From NCBI RefSeq assembly GCF_001194135.2, contig NC_068982.1:43774458-43814319 (forward strand): DNA of 39,862 nucleotides. Direction: 5' to 3'. Positions within the stretch are counted from its first letter, which is position 1, and each line of letters begins with the position of its first letter. Position numbers and translations under genes: made by a program. This DNA comes from Octopus bimaculoides. Taxonomy: Eukaryota. Shown here one piece after another: positions 34,085-39,862 of this stretch. The notes beneath the pieces are model-generated. The model was not told where the DNA came from and searched no databases. It was given only the letters and a program-made list of their open reading frames with translations.

Positions 34085-34555
34085 GTGAGTCGTGGGGATA
34101 GAGACCTCAAGCACCCACTCCTTAGAGTTCTATCAGAAGCAACTGTCATTAGATTTTCCGGCTGGCTTCTCAAGCGTGACAAATCAACACTATGGATTTT
34201 ATTTAGCCATCTCATCTTTGGTTTACTCCTAGGTTTCCTGTCGGTTGGCACGGCTTCAAGAATCTATATTGCGATTCCTTCCTGAGACATTCTAATCACA
34301 TGTTCATTGTACCAGAGCTGTGACCTCTCAGTGCGGTGAAGTAGGGGCTTGAGCTGGAGAGACTCCCTGATCTCCGATCTCCAGAGCAACGCTATTTCAG
34401 AAGTCTTTTGGAGGAACCCCATTTTGGTCGCTTCTATTTATGGTTGTACTCTTTCGGTCACTTCTCAACATCCATAACCATAGGCGAGGATAGGCATGGC
34501 CATATAAGAAGAGATGCTGGTAAAAAATGCCAAACTTCGCTACCTTCAATTCAGG
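34085..34555 (-). mobile_element. RTE-clade LINE, 3' part of ORF
   Basis: Minus strand: LYGH..W......EMGF...; ESLQLKPLLHRTERSQLWYNEHVIRMSQEGIA.ILEAVPTDRKPRSKPKMRWLNKI (RTE 'QLRWYGHV.RM...GKRPRGRP..RW'). Confidence 0.85.
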
Positions 34556-34596
34556 CGTTTTCTCCTTTACACTAATTAACAGCGATAACAATAAAC

Positions 34597-34940
34597 CAGT
34601 GGTTCTCAACCGGGGTTCATATCGCCCCTTGAGGATCCATATAAGATTTTGGGGGTATACACAGCAAAATAGTAATTGAGAGTCCACAATGATATTTTAA
34701 GGGCCCCTGAAAACATTTTGCTTTAAACGAATGTATTAGTATGTATTGCAAGAAACAGCTAGGTTTCTTTAACATTTTGCATAGTTCAACCTACACAAAT
34801 TAATGTGTGAAAAAGAAAATGGGAATTTTGAAAGAAGTTTCTATTAAACTAGTTTTTAAACGTCGAATGGCTGTGGGAGTCCATCAGAGTAAAATAATAA
34901 TCAAAGGGGTCCGTTGATGGAAAATGGTTGAGAACCCCTG
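34597..34940 (+). mobile_element. hAT-type MITE copy 3, intact ends
   Basis: TIR CAGTGGTTCTCAACC / GGTTGAGAACCCCTG; degenerate 8-bp TSD caataaac/cactaaat. Confidence 0.9.
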
Positions 34941-35332
34941 CACTAAATTGAATGTTATTTTGCGTGCAGATGGCAGCTGTGGGTAATATACTTTTGTAGT
35001 TATCTTGCATTCAGCGCGCAGGATATAATGATTTGATTTGTATTATTAAAAACAGATTTATAGCCTTGGCAGAAGGCCACACACATATCAAGAAGTGAGG
35101 AGGATGATACTTTGGCGCATTTACTTTAACAATCTGCCACTCTGCTACATCACCATCGACATTGTATTAGGTATTATTAAGATTGGTTGCATTTTTATAC
35201 TTGCAACACTGACTACACTCTGCATTGTGGCATAAATTTCTAAATAAACTTTTGTTGTTCATTTTGCAAATGACTATGCCTTGGAAGCAGTATGTACGTT
35301 GTAGTTCACAGCTACATATATTACTGCTGCTG

Positions 35333-35383
<51 letters not shown>

Positions 35384-36309
35384 CTACTCCTACTACACGC
35401 ACACACGCACACACGCACAATCACAATCACACACACACAAGCATACATTTACACGTGTATATACTATGCTGTCTACAAAATTATAGGACTCCGAGCAAAT
35501 CAATGCACTGACCGCTATAGAATTTATTTATTGACAGAAAGCCACATCATGCATGAATCACAATTGTGAGGCGGCCCCCGGGCAACTGCCCACTGTGCCC
35601 AGGCCTTAAGACGACACTGTAAATACACTCGTGACCGAGGAGAACTAGCAGTGACCAATGCCCATTCAAAATACCAGCAATGCCGTGTTCGAGCACACGA
35701 CTTTCATGTTTGCTGCAGTGCTATCCTATACGGCCTAGCATCGGCCAATCGCCTTGCTAGCGATTGCGCAACGTAAAAGTTTAGGTCTAGGAAGGCTTGC
35801 ACAACACCTCGCAAACAATTTTCACCTGTTGACATGATCCTCAGCCAAGCCAGGGCAAGATATTCAGTGTAAATATGGGTCGCAGGCTGAAGAATATGGG
35901 GGAGCCATGATCTCGATGTCGTTTTTACATATATGTATACATGCATTCATAAAGACGCTGCAGTATGGTTAGGAACATAGCTTTAAAACAGCGTTATTCC
36001 GGTCTCACTATGTGTGTGCGACATATGGGAGCGCCATGAGCTCAAGCACAAGTAAAGGATCCCCAAAATATTCAATGCCGTTCCGTGCATATCTAGTTTT
36101 ATAACAAAATAATCTCCTAGAGAATGCTTTAACAAAAGCTGAAGGGTGCCTCACTCTCAGTGGTCTTTCAGCACACCAGATACCATCCCAGAATTCCTGA
36201 GATCATGTGCTATTGCTAGATAGTTGTTGAACCTACATACATACATACATATATACATATGTTAAGGAAGTCTGAAGGATATCTCACTGGCTCATAAGGA
36301 AATGGATAT

Positions 36310-36615
36310 ACTAAAATTGCACACTGTTTCTTTGTGGATGGCTTAAAACATCTTGCAAAGAATATGCATGAGATGAAAAAGAGCCTTGACCTAGTTACAA
36401 CATTCTTAAAGGATGTCGGGTTGGAGTTTGGTCAGGATAAATGTTATATGGTTGCGAAAAGGGGGAAAACTAAAAACCAGACTAGTAACATCTCCATCAA
36501 TGAGTCGACTGTTTCCCCTGTATCTGACGAGGAATGTTACAGGTTTCTAAGAATGGATGTAAATATATCTTACAATGACACATGTAACAAAATACGTGTC
36601 ACAAAAGAATATTAA
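36310..36615 (+). mobile_element. R4/Dong-like LINE reverse transcriptase fragment (domains 5-7)
   Basis: KIAHCFFVDGLKHLAKN...LDLVTTFLKDVGLEFGQDKC...ECYRFLRMDVNI..NKIRVTKEY (catalytic FVDD decayed to FVDG). Confidence 0.8.
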
Positions 36616-36767
36616 CTTGGGGAGATTGAGTATGGTGTCTCACTATCAGAATGGAAAACAAATATTACAACAGCGACCCTCGTCGGTGAAACGATGCACT
36701 GAAAGAAACATTAGCTTCTCTTTCTCGCTTATTACAGAGAAATAGTTCCATATTTATAAAATACTAT

Positions 36768-37240
36768 GGCAGCCCAGGCTTCGCTGCTCCTTAAGCCGAG
36801 AAGAGCAAAACGTGAAAGTATCCGCCATTTATTGAGCGATTTGTGATCGAATCAGTGGCAGTGGTGACCTCAGGTGTTCTGAGATCCCTGAATACACCCC
36901 TGCTCACTGCCATACGGGTAAGGTAGCTATCCATACGTGCGAGCGCGTAAGCCGGAGTGGCTGTTCCAGCGCGTCTCTCCCACCATAACCCGGGAAAGTG
37001 CCTTTTCCATTTTGTCTGCCGGGACAATGAGGCAAGCTGACAAATCCTTTTAGCAGTGGATGGTGGCGAACCCTGCTGTGCTCTTTCACCACAACTTTTT
37101 CTCACTCTTACTTCCTGTTTCTGTTGTGCCTGTAATTCAAAGGGTCAGCCTTGTCACACTGTGTCACGCTGAATATCTCCGAGAACTACGTTAATCGGAT
37201 CAACTGGAACCCTCGACGTCGTAAGCGACGGAGTGCCAAC
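36768..37240 (+). mobile_element. CRE-like non-LTR retrotransposon 3' end (RLE C-terminus plus 3' UTR)
   Basis: PGFAA.*AEKSK.*KY....FVIESVAVVTSGVL...LLTAI.../EWLFQRVSPTITRESAFSIL, stop at 37051-37053. The downstream sequence continues into the tail shared with SINE-C. Confidence 0.7.
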
Positions 37241-37564
37241 TAATGATTAGAGAAAATTGACTTCAGTTTTGCTGTTACTTGTGTATTAAGAATTCTTTCA
37301 CCTCACAAATTGCTACTGTTTGTGTCGTCTGAGAAGGAACTTGTTGCTATTTCTAGCAGTGTGACCAACCATATAAGAAAGTTATTGTTGTTGCTGTTTA
37401 GCTGATATACTTTATCTGTTGTTGTTATATGTTTATCTTATTGTTGTTATGCGTTTATCTCATTTTCTTCTTTCATCATATGCTTTATTCATTTAAATAT
37501 AAATCAAAATGGTCCCTGCATCCAAATTTCCGGTCTTGTGCCAGTAGCGTAAAAGATTCTTCTT

Positions 37565-37681
<117 letters not shown>

Positions 37682-37800
37682 NNNNNNNNNNNNNNNNNNN
37701 NNNNNNNNNNNNNNNNNNNNNNNNNNNNNNNNNNNNNNNNNNNNNNNNNNNNNNNNNNNNNNNNNNNNNNNNNNNNNNNNNNNNNNNNNNNNNNNNNNNN

Positions 37801-38128
37801 GTTATGTATTTGTCTGAATATTTTTTTATTATACCTAAGGCACCTACTATGATAGGAATTGTTTCTGTTTTTAGACTCCACATTCGAGTTATCTCTATTT
37901 CCAGGTCTTTGTATTTTGAAAGTTTTTCCATTTCTTTTAGAGAAACGTTGTCATCTGCTGGTATTGATACATCAATTAGAAAGCATTTTTTTTCTTCATG
38001 ATCTTTGACAACTATATCTGGTCTGTTTGCCTTAATTTCTCTATCTGTGTGTATTGGCATATCCCAGAGTATGGTTGCTTTCTCGTTTTCTGTGTGTTTA
38101 TACCATCTTTTTTCTGTTGTTATTCCAT

Positions 38129-38132
<4 letters not shown>
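37801..38132 (-). mobile_element. R4/Dong-like LINE 3' fragment copy 1 (RLE domain); 3' end lies in the gap
   Basis: MPIHTDREIKANRPDIVVKDHEEKKCFLIDVSIPADDNVSLKEMEKLSKYKDLEIEITRMW...IPIIVGALG (PD-(D/E)xK RLE); flanked by (TTA)n. Confidence 0.9.
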
Positions 38133-38166
<34 letters not shown>

Positions 38167-38170
38167 CATT

Positions 38171-38362
38171 AAGGCCGTGAGCTGCCAAAATCGTTAGCAC
38201 GCCGGGCACATCTTCATGTTCTGAGTTCAAATTCCGACGAGGTCGACTTTGCCGTTCATTTTCCTAGTCGATAAAATAAGTACCAGTTGAACTCAGGGGC
38301 CGATGTAATCGACTAGTCCCCTCTTCCAAAATTTCAGGCCTTGTGCCTATTGTAGAAAGGAT
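38171..38362 (+). mobile_element. SINE-B
   Basis: aaggccgtgagctgccaaaatcgttagcacgccggg...aaaatttcaggccttgtgcctattgtagaaaggatt; followed by a 26-nt tandem duplication at 38361-38412. Confidence 0.9.
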
Positions 38363-38429
38363 TATCATTATGTAAGCCTGTTACTTATTATCATTATGTA
38401 AGCCTGTTACTTTTTTCATTATTATTATT

Positions 38430-39082
<653 letters not shown>

Positions 39083-39094
39083 AATAATAATAAT

Positions 39095-39310
39095 AAGGCA
39101 GCGAGCTGGCAGAACCGTTAGCACGCCGGGCAAAATGCTGAGCAGCATTTCGTCCGTCTTTACGTTCTGCGTTCAAGTTCCGTCGAAGTCGCCTTTGCCT
39201 TTCATCCTTTCGGGATCGATAAATTAAATACTAGTGAAACACTGGGATCGATGTAATCGACTATACTCCTCCCCTACATTTCAGGCCTTGTGCCTGTAGT
39301 AGAAAGGATT
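39095..39310 (+). mobile_element. SINE-B, full length
   Basis: aaggcagcgagctggcagaaccgttagcacgccgggcaaaatgc...caggccttgtgcctgtagtagaaaggatt. Confidence 0.9.
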
Positions 39311-39862
39311 ATTATTGTTGTTGTTGTTATTCCACTCAACATGATTCGTGCCACTACTGCACTCATCTACTCAAATCCTAGAGACTATTCACAATAGATT
39401 ATGTGTCTGATATTCGGCCATGTCCCCTGATGATAACCAGTCATTTCTCATGTCCCAAACGGTTGCAAACAGGTGGGAAAATGTAAATACGAGATATTTG
39501 GTGACGAAGGATTTGTAGTCATTTGTCGTCGTCATCTGCAGTGACAGGTGACGGTACATTCGACAACAATGAGATCATTATTTTGACGAGCCAACTGGTG
39601 AACATCTGCATTTTCCTTTGATTAAACCGGAAATAACAAACAAACGAGCATTAAATCGTACCCTTTCACACTGATTCTCAAATGATGCTTTTTTTTTTTT
39701 TAGAAGTAAAATTTAGATTTTCCAAAAATCCATTCTCGTGATTTGATGTTTTACAAACTGTGCTATTCATAACTTTTAATAAAACAAATCAATAGTTATG
39801 TTTTGTATATTTTGTTTCTAAATTTTAAAACTTAAAACTGTTTAGGTGTATACGTATGTGTG

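Noticed and set aside
39390-39570. 56-codon minus-strand frame MYRHLSLQ...EYQTHNLL in unique sequence
   Set aside because: No recognisable domain and no convincing splice donor.

Overview
Repeat-saturated, AT-rich metazoan genomic DNA from a gapped draft assembly. The repeat repertoire (dense TA/CA/GATA/TAA microsatellites and tRNA-derived SINEs with CORE-like domains) points to an octopus genome, which is an inference. I find no convincing host protein-coding gene: almost all ORF-track entries are microsatellite or N-gap artefacts, and the rest are decayed transposon fragments. Recognisable fragments: two Penelope-like elements (RT thumb and GIY-YIG), Tx1/L1-like ORF1 with 3' end, CR1-like RT, RTE RT, R4/Dong RT plus two endonuclease 3' ends, a HERO-like RLE, a CRE-like RLE, a mariner transposase, mariner and hAT MITEs, and more than 20 SINE copies (my working labels SINE-A, -B, -C). 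Most notable: (i) five type I hammerhead ribozyme motifs (one intact core, three with core substitutions, one core-deleted) from three unrelated repeats; one family sits in a tRNA-headed unit directly continuous with a Penelope GIY-YIG ORF, i.e. a candidate Pol III, ribozyme-bearing SINE-like derivative of a Penelope element; (ii) SINE 3' tails shared with a CRE-like and a Tx1-like LINE in the same window; (iii) Dong/R4 copies embedded in (TAA)n tracts; (iv) a 60-bp Su(H)-site + octamer + CCAAT module present four times as two inverted pairs. Coordinates were read by eye; TE boundaries are approximate (about 10-20 nt).
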